Positions 27,973 to 37,299 of a DNA stretch of 42,653 nucleotides are shown piece by piece (the stretch's first letter is position 1; the number at the start of each line of letters is the position of its first letter). Position numbers and translations under genes: made by a program. This stretch comes from Blastocatellia bacterium (GTDB lineage Bacteria; Acidobacteriota; Blastocatellia; RBC074): the NCBI GenBank assembly GCA_031371805.1, contig JANMKB010000441.1, positions 1 to 42,653 on the forward strand. Reading direction: 5' to 3'. The notes beneath the pieces were generated by a model. That model had not been told where the DNA came from, ran no database searches, and worked only from the letters and a program-made list of their open reading frames with translations.

Positions 27973-30002
27973 GGCAAGGCGATTGGCGGGCAAAAATGCG
28001 TATCATCAACGCGTCGCCGCCTGACTTCTTTTCTGGATGGTTTACCGACGGCGGGAACCTGATCTTTTGGATAGTAAGGTAAATTTCGGACGCCTCGATC
28101 ACGAATCAGCGGGTCACCGTTTTCGCGGTCAATAAAGAGAAAATCAATATCCACCGCTACTTTTCCCTTTGCTTCTAATCCGCTCAACTCACGCGGGTGA
28201 CCAAGCGTCGTAATAATTACGGAACAAATGTCGGCTTCGGCGGCGCTGTCTATGTCACCGGCTCGTGCTCCGCGCCACCCGCTCGGCCCGGCGTAACTAC
28301 TCGTATCTATGCTCAACGCGTGGAAGTGTCCAATTGCACAGGCCGCTTCAGAGCGGGAAACAATGGAAGCTTTATATTTTCGGTTATTACCCTGCTCAGC
28401 GGGAATTGCAACATACAGCGCAAGATCACGGTCGTAGTCGAAATAGCCTCCACCTTCGCGTGTTTTATCGTGGATGTCTTTTGATACCTCCCAGCCAAGT
28501 AACTCGTCCAAGCCGGGAAAGTCGAACGACCGTTCCAGAATATGAAGCTGGCTCAACTGGATATTTTTCATCCGTGCAAAATCGGCTTCTTCGGTATACT
28601 TCGCTTTGGCATCTGCCCGCAGCCCGGTCAGTTTGCGCAGGAGCCGATAAAAACTATTTGAGGAGGCGCTGTCTATTTGATTGTTCAGGTCTTCGATCTG
28701 GTCGTTATGGCGTCGTCTGACGATGCGTTTGATCTTGATTCCCTCGACTCGTGCCAGCAATTCCTTGCGATTCAGGAGCAGGGCTGTTTCCTCTTCATTG
28801 CGGCAAATCCGGTTAAGAAACACGAGGTCTGCGAGCGTGACTTCTTCACCAAGTTGCCGCACAATTTTGGCGACCTTTTCCCGTTCAAATTCCTGGGCAA
28901 GCACGACCACTCTGGACATGCCCCACACGTTGGTTGGAACAATGACCCCAATTTTGCGAATAAATGCTTTCGTCTCGCTGTATTCGGGGGATAAAAATAA
29001 TCTTAGTTTTTCGCCGTCGTGTTTGAATTCATAATAGGCATTGATGAAGAGCGGAGCTTTCAGCAGGTCAATGTCTGAGCCAAATTCGTCGAGTACTTTT
29101 TTGACAAAATCGGAAAATGTCGGGCAGCTAATATCAACGTCGTGATTATGTGCCCAGAGGGTGTATACGAGCGCGGTGAAAGGGCGAAAATGTTGCGCCT
29201 GCAACTTCATTCGATGAACGAAGGAAACAACTCCTGCAACCGAAATTTTCTGTTTGGCGGCCAGGACAAGCAGTTCCAGCGCAGGCGCCAGCGCATCATT
29301 CTTTTTATCTTCAGGCAGGGGCGCCGCAATGACATCGGCGAGGCGGTGGAAATCCTCCGGCCCTGATTTTCGATAAAGGATATTCGTTAGCATGAACGAA
29401 TCGCCGACACTTGACAGCAAGGGACCACAAACCTGACGGGGCAGGTTAAAGCGAGTGTGGAGCAGCTCTGCGTAAGTTTGGAATCGTTTTCGCATGAACA
29501 CGCCAAGCCAGTTCGTCGCAGCGATATTGACGAGTGATTCCGCCCCAAGTTTTCCTTCTCGATAATACCCCCCAAAATAACGTGGAATGAGACGACGTGT
29601 TTCATCGTCGTTCAGCACCTCAAAATATTCCATTAATTTAGGGCCATGCTGGGCAATCGTTTCGACATCGTCATCTTCCAGCCGCCCGCTTCTGGTGGGT
29701 GTTGCCAGCCCATAAATTTTCTTCAGCCTGAGGTAACGCGACGCATAATAACCATCAAGGAAAAAATGCAGTTTCTCATCCGCATCCGGCTCCAGCAGGG
29801 ACTGAATGTAATATTGCTTGACGTCAGTGAATTTCCATTTTTCCCTGAGACTCTCCTCTACTCGCTCCGCCATGGGGCGCGTCGGGCCGAGGCCAAACAT
29901 CTTTCGCCAGAGCGTAGGTTTGGGCTGATCAGTGCCAGTGGTCTTTCCCTGCTGTCCTGATGATTGATTTGTCTGTCCAGAATTTGATGATTGGAAAATC
30001 AC
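27969..30002 (-). CDS. large orphan hypothetical protein (677 aa) with a possible JAB/MPN-like C-terminal region
   Basis: Long intact ORF with no signal peptide or TM segments. The N-terminus is S/Q/G/T-rich and low-complexity. The C-terminal region [10 protein letters not shown]...AIGHFHALS...GPSGW...GD loosely fits E...HxH...S..D. The start is uncertain (GTG 30002 or ATG 29900). Confidence 0.55.
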   Translation of the reverse strand: MIFQSSNSGQTNQSSGQQGKTTGTDQPKPTLWRKMFGLGPTRPMAERVEESLREKWKFTDVKQYYIQSLLEPDADEKLHFFLDGYYASRYLRLKKIYGLATPTRSGRLEDDDVETIAQHGPKLMEYFEVLNDDETRRLIPRYFGGYYREGKLGAESLVNIAATNWLGVFMRKRFQTYAELLHTRFNLPRQVCGPLLSSVGDSFMLTNILYRKSGPEDFHRLADVIAAPLPEDKKNDALAPALELLVLAAKQKISVAGVVSFVHRMKLQAQHFRPFTALVYTLWAHNHDVDISCPTFSDFVKKVLDEFGSDIDLLKAPLFINAYYEFKHDGEKLRLFLSPEYSETKAFIRKIGVIVPTNVWGMSRVVVLAQEFEREKVAKIVRQLGEEVTLADLVFLNRICRNEEETALLLNRKELLARVEGIKIKRIVRRRHNDQIEDLNNQIDSASSNSFYRLLRKLTGLRADAKAKYTEEADFARMKNIQLSQLHILERSFDFPGLDELLGWEVSKDIHDKTREGGGYFDYDRDLALYVAIPAEQGNNRKYKASIVSRSEAACAIGHFHALSIDTSSYAGPSGWRGARAGDIDSAAEADICSVIITTLGHPRELSGLEAKGKVAVDIDFLFIDRENGDPLIRDRGVRNLPYYPKDQVPAVGKPSRKEVRRRRVDDTHFCPPIALP

Positions 30003-30094
30003 GATTTCGGATTATAGGGGAAGCTTTGCCAAGTCACAAATGTTTCAGCGCCGGGGATGATTTTTTATGCCTGTAAATATTTCAGGCTGCCAAT

Positions 30095-30120
30095 CGTCAG
30101 GCAAAAGATTTTGCCTGACG
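30095..30120. promoter_or_regulatory. perfect 12+12 palindrome in a divergent promoter region (candidate operator)
   Basis: CGTCAGGCAAAA-GA-TTTTGCCTGACG. It lies between the divergent starts at 30002 (-) and 30267 (+). Confidence 0.4.
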
Positions 30121-30266
30121 ACCAGGCCTTGCGAGTTTTTCATACCTGTATCATCATTTTGAGCCAACAAATAAATCTTGCGCGACGCATAGAGAAAATT
30201 CCCTACGAACAACGCAAAAAAGAAAAATACAAAATAGCTTCGGGGGCGAAGTCGAAAAATTAATCA

Positions 30267-31745
30267 ATGCAACTCACTGATATTTTTAATCTCTCACTAA
30301 TTGGACGTGCTTCGGTTGCCGCCCTTGAATACGATTGCGCTGATGGAACTACGGCGACGCTGACGTTTGGTGAACTTGATGCACACAGCAATCGGATGGC
30401 GCGGTTGCTCACCTCGCGTGGATTTTCAAAGGGAGATCGCCTCGGTTTTTTTCTTTCCAATCGCGTCGAATTTATTGATCTCTTTCTCGCCTGCGTCAAA
30501 ATCGGCGTCATCGTCGTCCCGATCAATGTGCTTTACCGCGAACGCGAAATCAGCCATATCCTTTCCGATGCTGAACCAAAAGCAGTTGTGACGACTGCTG
30601 ATTTGGTGCAATTCATTCCTGAAGGTATAGACGTTTGGAAGGTAGATGAACTCTCGTTGGCGGCACAGGAACAGGATGGCGCAGCGGTGAGAATCGCACT
30701 TGACGGAGATGATCCGGCGGCGATTGTTTACACGTCAGGCACGACGGGAAAATCAAAAGGCGCGGTGCTGACACATAATAATTTTGCGTCGAATATGACC
30801 AGCCTGACGACGTGCTGGCGCATCACAAGTGAAGATTGCTATCTCGCCGTGCTGCCGCTTTTTCACGTACATGGACTCGGCAACGGCATCCACGTCTGGT
30901 TGGCGAGCGGCTGCAAAATGCGCTTGATCGAACGCTTTGAAATTGCGAAAGCGCAGGCATTATTTGAATCATTTCAGCCGACGCTATTTTTTGGAGTGCC
31001 GACAATTTATGTGCGTTTGCTTGAATTATCTGATGAAACTGCGAAACGAATTGGAGAAAAAACCCGGCTCTTTGTTTCAGGTTCGGCTCCGCTGCCAGCG
31101 CAAATTCTCGCAGCCTTTCACGCGAAGTTTGGACATACAATTTTGGAACGCTACGGCATGAGCGAAACGCTGATGAACATCAGCAACCCTTACGAAGGGG
31201 AACGTCGCGCCGGAGCCGTAGGCTTTCCGCTGCCGGGAATTTCGGTCAGAATTCTCAACGGTGAAATGAAGCCCGTGAATGATGGAGAAATCGGCGAAGT
31301 CTGGGTGAAGGGGCCAAATCTTTGCGCCGGATATTGGCGCCGACCGGACGCTACGGCGGAGGCTTTTGTTGACGGTTGGTTTCGCACTGGAGATTTAGGC
31401 GAACGTGCCAGCGACGGTTATTACACGTTGCGTGGTCGTCGGACGGAGCTGATTATTTCCGGCGGCTTCAATATTTACCCACGTGAAATCGAAGACGTTT
31501 TGCTCGAACAACCCGGCATTCTTGAAGTCGTAGTCTGTGGCGTTCCTGACGCTCGGCGCGGCGAATTACCAGTCGCCTACATCGTCGCCGATGAAAATTT
31601 TGATGAAGCCGCAGTTATCGAAGCGTGCAGTAAATCTCTCGCATCATTCAAACAACCACGCGCTTTTGTTAAAGTAGCAAGTCTACCACGCACAGCGTTA
31701 GGAAAAGTGCAGAAACATTTGTTACCACCCGTAAATGTAGGATAG
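30267..31745 (+). CDS. AMP-dependent acyl-CoA synthetase/ligase
   Basis: AMP-binding motif YTSGTTGKSKGAVLTH, then ...GYWRRPDAT...FRTGDLG...GRRTELIISGGFNIYPREIE...GKVQK. The stop TAG (31743-31745) lies inside the downstream repeat arm. Confidence 0.9.
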   Translation: MQLTDIFNLSLIGRASVAALEYDCADGTTATLTFGELDAHSNRMARLLTSRGFSKGDRLGFFLSNRVEFIDLFLACVKIGVIVVPINVLYREREISHILSDAEPKAVVTTADLVQFIPEGIDVWKVDELSLAAQEQDGAAVRIALDGDDPAAIVYTSGTTGKSKGAVLTHNNFASNMTSLTTCWRITSEDCYLAVLPLFHVHGLGNGIHVWLASGCKMRLIERFEIAKAQALFESFQPTLFFGVPTIYVRLLELSDETAKRIGEKTRLFVSGSAPLPAQILAAFHAKFGHTILERYGMSETLMNISNPYEGERRAGAVGFPLPGISVRILNGEMKPVNDGEIGEVWVKGPNLCAGYWRRPDATAEAFVDGWFRTGDLGERASDGYYTLRGRRTELIISGGFNIYPREIEDVLLEQPGILEVVVCGVPDARRGELPVAYIVADENFDEAAVIEACSKSLASFKQPRAFVKVASLPRTALGKVQKHLLPPVNVG

Positions 31746-31812
31746 GCGTCTCGCCTGTCCCGACTGAAACGAAGCGATCAGTCGTATTTTTTCGACAGGC
31801 GGGACGCCTATC
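31741..31812. repeat. REP-like inverted pair of the GATAGGCGTCCCGCCTGTC unit (copy 2)
   Basis: GATAGGCGTCTCGCCTGTC at 31741-31759 and GACAGGCGGGACGCCTATC at 31794-31812, with a 34-nt spacer. Confidence 0.8.
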
Positions 31813-31829
31813 GTACTTTGAGGTTTATC

Positions 31830-33425
31830 ATGAAAATAATCAAAATTCTCTCCACAATTTTTTGTAGTGGATTGTTGTTCGCTGCGCTCGCAGCACCGAA
31901 AACAAAGGACGCTGAGACTAAAGTCAAAATTGATTCAGGAATAATCACTGGGTCAGTTGATAAAGACATTCGCGTCTACAAAGGCATTCCATACGCCGCG
32001 CCGCCTGTAGGGAATTTGCGTTGGAAAGCTCCGCAAAAACCAGCCAAATGGATGGGTGTCAAAGTCTTCGATCAGTATGGGAACGCCTGTCCGCAATCGC
32101 CTTATCCGGCGACTTCGCTATACTTCAATAAAGCCGAAAAGATGAGTGAAGATTGTCTTTGCCTGAACGTCTGGACAGGCGCGAAAAAAGCTGGCGAAAA
32201 GCGCCCGGTGATGGTCTGGATTCACGGTGGAGCGTTGACGCGCGGCTCAAGCTCAATTTCTTTTTATGACGGTGCGGCGCTTGCGGCAAAGGGCGTAATT
32301 CTTGTTTCGATCAATTATCGCTTAGGCCCGCTTGGATATTTTTCACATCCGGCGTTGAGCGCAGAAGCGAAAAATAATGCCTCTGGCAACTACGGCATCA
32401 TGGATCAAATCGCCGCGTTGCAATGGGTGCAGCGCAACATCGCAGCGTTCGGCGGTGATCCAGGTCGCGTCACAATTTTTGGCGAATCGGCTGGATCGTG
32501 GAGCGTTTGTTCGTTAGTTGCTACGCCGCTGGCACAGGGCTTATTTCAGCGGGCGATTGGTGAAAGCGGAGGCGTCTTTGCTCCGATGCAATTTTTGAAA
32601 GACAAACGTTATGGCATTGCTTCTGCCGAAGAGAGCGGCACAGTTTTAGCGAAATCTTTGGGTGTGAGTGACGGAGCGAATGCATTGCAAGAGCTACGAT
32701 CAAAATCTCCTGAAGAGCTGATCGCGGCGTTTGACAAGAGCGGTAGTTCAGCGCGTGGAATTGTAGATGGCTACGTTTTCCCTGAAGAAGTCTATTCAAT
32801 TTTCGCCAAAGGCAAGCAGAACAAAGTACCTGTCATTGTTGGCTCAAACGCGAATGAAGGAACTTCTTTGATACCTCCGACGATGGTTCCGAAGACGTTG
32901 ACAGGTTACAAAGCCTATTTGAAAAATCGCTACGGCGAGATGGTAGATAATTTGCTGAAGGCATATCCGGCTGCTTCTGATGCGGAAGTAAGAAATTCTT
33001 TTTTAGGCGTATTCCGTGAAGAAATTTTCACCTGGCAAATGCGAACTTGGGCACGGATGGCGGAAAAATCGCAGACCAAAGCGTGGGTATATTTTTTCTC
33101 GAAAGTTCCGCCACGTCCTGACCGTGAAATTTACGGCGCTTATCACGCGGCTGAAATTCAGTATGCTTTTAATAACTTGCATCTCTCGCCGCTTGTGAAT
33201 GATAAATCAGATTTTGATGTAGCGAATGCGATGTCTGATTACTGGGTGAATTTCGCTACGACCGGAAATCCGAATAAGCCGGGCTTGCCTGTGTGGACGA
33301 GCTACGATGAAAAGAGTGAACCGTTCATCGAATTCGGAAACCAGATAAAATCCGGCAATCATTTGCTCAAACAGGAGAACGATTTTTTTGAAGCCTGGTT
33401 TGCGTCAAAGCGGGCGAATCCATAA
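31830..33425 (+). CDS. type B carboxylesterase (secreted)
   Basis: Signal peptide, VWIHGGAL oxyanion block and the nucleophile elbow FGESAGS. The start is ATG 31830. Confidence 0.85.
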   Translation: MKIIKILSTIFCSGLLFAALAAPKTKDAETKVKIDSGIITGSVDKDIRVYKGIPYAAPPVGNLRWKAPQKPAKWMGVKVFDQYGNACPQSPYPATSLYFNKAEKMSEDCLCLNVWTGAKKAGEKRPVMVWIHGGALTRGSSSISFYDGAALAAKGVILVSINYRLGPLGYFSHPALSAEAKNNASGNYGIMDQIAALQWVQRNIAAFGGDPGRVTIFGESAGSWSVCSLVATPLAQGLFQRAIGESGGVFAPMQFLKDKRYGIASAEESGTVLAKSLGVSDGANALQELRSKSPEELIAAFDKSGSSARGIVDGYVFPEEVYSIFAKGKQNKVPVIVGSNANEGTSLIPPTMVPKTLTGYKAYLKNRYGEMVDNLLKAYPAASDAEVRNSFLGVFREEIFTWQMRTWARMAEKSQTKAWVYFFSKVPPRPDREIYGAYHAAEIQYAFNNLHLSPLVNDKSDFDVANAMSDYWVNFATTGNPNKPGLPVWTSYDEKSEPFIEFGNQIKSGNHLLKQENDFFEAWFASKRANP

Positions 33426-33427
33426 GG

Positions 33428-33484
33428 TACAACAGGCGTCCCCGCCTGTTGCCATTTCGACAGGCGGAACGCCTATCGTACCTG
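33428..33484. repeat. REP-like inverted pair of the same unit (copy 3, compact hairpin)
   Basis: GGTACAACAGGCGTCCCCGCCTGT and GACAGGCGGAACGCCTATCGTACC, separated by about 8 nt. Confidence 0.75.
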
Positions 33485-33492
33485 TATTTCTT

Positions 33493-35256
33493 ATGAAAAT
33501 ATCCTGGTTATTATTGCTGATTTCTTTTCTGCTGTTTGCGGCCTGCAATCAGCTTCCAACTACCACTGACAAAGCAAAAAATCTTCACGATTTATTCAAA
33601 GAAGATTGGGAATGGCAGTTGAAAGAATTTCCTGAAATGGCTACGCGGCAGGGCGATAATCGCTACAACGACAAGCTGACTGACATTTCAATTGAAGCCA
33701 TTGAGAAACGTAAAATCCACGATCAGGAAATGCTCACGAAGATTCAGGCGATAGATCGCTCGAAGCTGGTGGGGCAGGATGCAATTTCTTGCGATTTGTT
33801 TTTGCGCGATAAGCAGATGGCCATTGAGGGGCATCACTTCAAAGAAGATTTTGCTCCACTCACGCAAATGAATGGGCCGCAAATTGACTTCCCCGGCGTG
33901 CTGGAAGATATGCCGCTCAGGACGGTTAAGGATTATGAAAACTATCTGGCGCGGCTCAATGCTTACCCTAAATACATTGAGCAGACGATAGCTTTGATGC
34001 AACGCGGCATCACCGAAAAATGGGTCAAGCCGGCGGTTCCGCTGCGGACGGTTCCGGCGCAAATTGAGGGGCAGATTTTTGACGATCCAACGAAAAGCGC
34101 AAGCTTCAAACCGTTCACAAAATTCCTCAATGAAATTCCAGAAACTGAACGCACACGCTTAATCGAAGCTGCGAAAAAAGCCATCAATGAATCGTTCACT
34201 CCGGCGCTGAAAAAATTGCACGGCTTCGTCAAAGACACTTATTTACCAGCCTGCACGCAGACTATCGCCGTTTCAGAATTGCCTGCTGGCAAAGAATATT
34301 ATGCGTATGCGGCGAAGCGCGAAACGACTACGAATTTGACGCCGCCGGAAATCCACGCCATCGGCAAACGCGAAGTCGAACGCATCCGCAAAGAAATGGA
34401 TGCCGTCATTCAGCAGGCAGGGTTCAAAGGTTCGTTTCAGGAATTTCTGACTTTCCTGCGCACTGATCCGCGTTTTTATTTCACCAAGCCGGAAGATTTA
34501 TTGAGCGCAACAGCTTTGATTGCGAAGCGGGCTGATGCTGAATTGCCGAAGTTGTTTGCCGAATTGCCGCGCAATACTTACGGCATCAAAGCCTTTGCGG
34601 ATTACGAAGCGCCTGCGCAAACTACGGGGCAGTATCGTTTAGGCGCGAGCGATGGTTCACGCTCCGGTTATTACATGGTCAACACGTATCGTTTGGACAT
34701 GCGCCCGAAATACGAAATGGAAGCGTTGTCGTTGCACGAATCCGTGCCGGGGCATCATCTGCAAATTGCGCGTGCACAGGAGCTGAAAGACCTGCCTGAA
34801 TTTCGCCGCAACGGAGGCTATACCGCATTTATCGAAGGCTGGGGATTGTATTCCGAAAGCCTGGGCGCAGAGATGGGATTTTACACCGATCCATATGCAA
34901 AGTTCGGACAACTGACATACGAAATGTGGCGCGCCTGTCGCCTTGTCGTAGACACGGGAATGCACACGATGGGTTGGACACGCGAGCAGGCAATTAATTT
35001 CATGAAGGAAAATACGGCGAAGAGCGAACAGGACATCATCGTCGAAATTGATCGCTACATCGTCTGGCCGGGACAAGCGTTGGCATACAAAATCGGCGAA
35101 TTGAAAATCAAAGAATTACGCGCCAAAGCCAAACAGGAATTAGGCGAAAAATTCGATGTGCGAAAATTTCATAATGCTGTGCTGGATAATGGACCGTTGC
35201 CGTTGGAAATTTTGGAGAAGAGAATTAATGAATGGATTGTGGCGCAGAAAAAATAA
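33493..35256 (+). CDS. DUF885-family lipoprotein (putative metallopeptidase-like)
   Basis: ATG 33493 gives MKISWLLLLISFLLFAAC (lipobox). The DUF885 blocks LHESVPGHHLQ and EIDRYIVWPGQALAYKIG are present. The upstream part of the tracked ORF is a translated repeat element. Confidence 0.8.
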   Translation: MKISWLLLLISFLLFAACNQLPTTTDKAKNLHDLFKEDWEWQLKEFPEMATRQGDNRYNDKLTDISIEAIEKRKIHDQEMLTKIQAIDRSKLVGQDAISCDLFLRDKQMAIEGHHFKEDFAPLTQMNGPQIDFPGVLEDMPLRTVKDYENYLARLNAYPKYIEQTIALMQRGITEKWVKPAVPLRTVPAQIEGQIFDDPTKSASFKPFTKFLNEIPETERTRLIEAAKKAINESFTPALKKLHGFVKDTYLPACTQTIAVSELPAGKEYYAYAAKRETTTNLTPPEIHAIGKREVERIRKEMDAVIQQAGFKGSFQEFLTFLRTDPRFYFTKPEDLLSATALIAKRADAELPKLFAELPRNTYGIKAFADYEAPAQTTGQYRLGASDGSRSGYYMVNTYRLDMRPKYEMEALSLHESVPGHHLQIARAQELKDLPEFRRNGGYTAFIEGWGLYSESLGAEMGFYTDPYAKFGQLTYEMWRACRLVVDTGMHTMGWTREQAINFMKENTAKSEQDIIVEIDRYIVWPGQALAYKIGELKIKELRAKAKQELGEKFDVRKFHNAVLDNGPLPLEILEKRINEWIVAQKK

Positions 35257-35302
35257 TGTAGTGTAAACTTTTAGTTTGCGCTGTGTGACAAGAGCTGCTT
35301 GA

Positions 35303-35993
35303 GGGACAATCAAGCTAGCTGATTCGCTTGCTACCGCGTTTTCTGAAGCTCTGGAATTATTTCAAAAATACGCAAAATTTCAAACCGTCTCTGCTGGCAA
35401 AGAATTATTCAGGCAGGGAGATGAAATTTATGATGTTTTTTTAATCGAAAATGGTTTCGCTAAATTAATGCGCCTGGGTGAAGAGGGGAACGAAAGAATA
35501 ATGGCTTGGCGTAAGCATGGACAGTTACCTGGTACGATCTCACTGCTTTCGCAAGCGGAAGCACCAGTAAACTGTAACCTGTTTAGTTGATTATCAACTG
35601 CTTCGTCTATCGGCTCTTTGCTTCTTACAACTCATAGAGGTAGACATCTTGTTTAATTGACACTTGTTGCGCGAAATTAGTCAGCAACGCAATCAATACC
35701 TAGTTCGTCAAGCGGAGTTGACAACTGTCTCGGCGCTTACAAATTTAGCGCGTGTGATGCTCGAATCCTATAATGACGATCTTCAGTGCAAAAGAACTCG
35801 CGTTCTCTTTCCTTTTTCGGACAAAGACCTTGCTTCGTACTTAACGATCACGCCTGAATATCTAAGCCGCCTTTATCGTGGCTTAGTAAAGGAAGGCATC
35901 ATTCATCGTCATGGTGGCGCAAATTTTGTGCTTGATAAAAAGCGTTTATGGCAAGAAGCAAAAGGGGAAAGAGGGGTATGGAAGCTTAGCTAG
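35303..35993 (+). pseudogene. Crp/Fnr-family transcription regulator, degraded
   Basis: A cNMP-binding block (AGKELFRQGDEIYDVFLIENGFAKLMRL) has no start codon after the preceding TGA. The frame is lost near 35565-35590. The next frame has an in-frame TGA at 35658-35660. Then comes the HTH half (DLASYLTITPEYLSRLYRGLVKEGII). Confidence 0.7.
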
Positions 35994-36036
35994 CGCGATG
36001 ATTACCGTATATCAAAAGACTTGATGTAGTTTAAGT

Positions 36037-36639
36037 TTGAACTTGATTTATAACAAGTCTATTGATGCAGGATCGGATTTTTCTGTTGATGGAAATGGGT
36101 ACTTACATGGCTGCTCCGTAACTGAAGACACTTATAGTAGCTATGGTCATCACTATAAAGCAACCAGTACACTATCAAGCCCGCATGGAAGAGTCGTATC
36201 CGCAAGTACAAGCTGGAATAGTAGTTATGCTTGCGCCTATGTTTCGCTAGACGTAACTTTAAGCGATGTGGGAGATTATACTGTATCAGGATTTCATGAG
36301 GGGTAATATCCTTGGGGACATTACTATACAGCAGGAAATACTACAGCGACTGCGGCAGCAGGTAGCTCACAGTCTTCGTATATAGAGACGGCTTGTAAAC
36401 TAGATAGAAGCAGTTGTACCTATGAGATAATCTCCCCTTGTGATGTAAAATGTAAACTGTCTGGGCCACAGGAGCGCTCATTTGATGATGACTATTTTCT
36501 AAGAATACAAGGTTGGGTGACTATTGCTGGTTTTACGATATGTTTGCCTTTAGCTGAAGAAATACATGGAATTGGCACACCCCCAGCCTGTAATAGTTAT
36601 CAACGTAATCAATTGATTATTTTTATTTCGAGGATGTAG
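36037..36639 (+). pseudogene. unknown Cys-rich ORF interrupted by one in-frame TAA
   Basis: ORF 36037-36306 ends at TAA 36304-36306. The same frame then stays open for another 110 codons (YPWGHYYTAGNTTATAAAGSS...CKLDRSSCTYEIISPCDVKCK...PPACNSY...) to TAG 36637-36639. Confidence 0.4.
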
Positions 36640-36779
36640 TTAACTTCATTAAGCCTTTTCAATTTTAACTTTTGAAATTGCGAAAAGCTGATTATAGCCT
36701 CTTAGTGGCTTGGGTAATTTTTTAACTTGCAATTCCCAAGCTGCACATAGTTTACAAAATTAAAGGAGCGAAAAACTCT

Positions 36780-37175
36780 ATGCAAAAAAAGAAAATATTG
36801 ATTTTGGGTTATAGCCTTTTGCTAGCTCTGCCCTCGTGCGGTTTCCTTCATGGTTACAATAGAAGTGTGCTCCAGGCAAAAGAAACAGTTCTTCGAGAAG
36901 ACTTGAAAATATTAAGAGAGGCTATTGGGAGATTTACCCAAGAAACACAACGCCGCCCACAATCTCTTAAGGAACTGGTTGATGCCGGTTATGTGAAGGC
37001 AATCCCTGAAGACCCCTTTACTCAATCAGCCAATACATGGCAGATCGAAATTTCTAAAACTCCTCCTCAAAAAGAAATGGCATTTATCGGAAATGAGGTT
37101 TATTGGAGAAATATGGATCCAACCGAAATGACACAAGATCCGAAGAGGATTGCAATTATTGCCAGGCGATTTTAG
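36780..37175 (+). CDS. lipoprotein with a type II secretion GspG-like (pseudopilin C-terminal) domain
   Basis: Lipobox LALPSC. REDLKILREAIGRFTQETQRRPQSLKELVDAGYVKAIPEDPFT matches the GspG-domain pattern. AAGGAG lies upstream. Confidence 0.5.
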   Translation: MQKKKILILGYSLLLALPSCGFLHGYNRSVLQAKETVLREDLKILREAIGRFTQETQRRPQSLKELVDAGYVKAIPEDPFTQSANTWQIEISKTPPQKEMAFIGNEVYWRNMDPTEMTQDPKRIAIIARRF

Positions 37176-37299
37176 GTGACATAAAGCGCATGAAATCACA
37201 CTTCAGCCTTTGACACGCTCAATCTCAGCGCCGCCTGCACACAACTTTTCTTCAATTTTTTGTAGGTGCGGTCAAGTCAGGTTTCTACCAACTGAAAGT

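Noticed and set aside
24897-33484. The idea that the inverted-repeat pairs after consecutive genes are integron attC sites (a gene-cassette array).
   Set aside because: The ends lack the RYYYAAC / GTTRRRY core sites, no intI or attI is present, and the flanked genes are large housekeeping-type genes. A REP-like explanation fits better.
37205-37270. Minus-strand 22-codon fragment PHLQKIEEKLCAGGAEIERVKG*, resembling the C-terminus of ribosomal protein L7/L12.
   Set aside because: It is too short, preceded by a stop, and has no upstream coding continuation. The resemblance could be chance.
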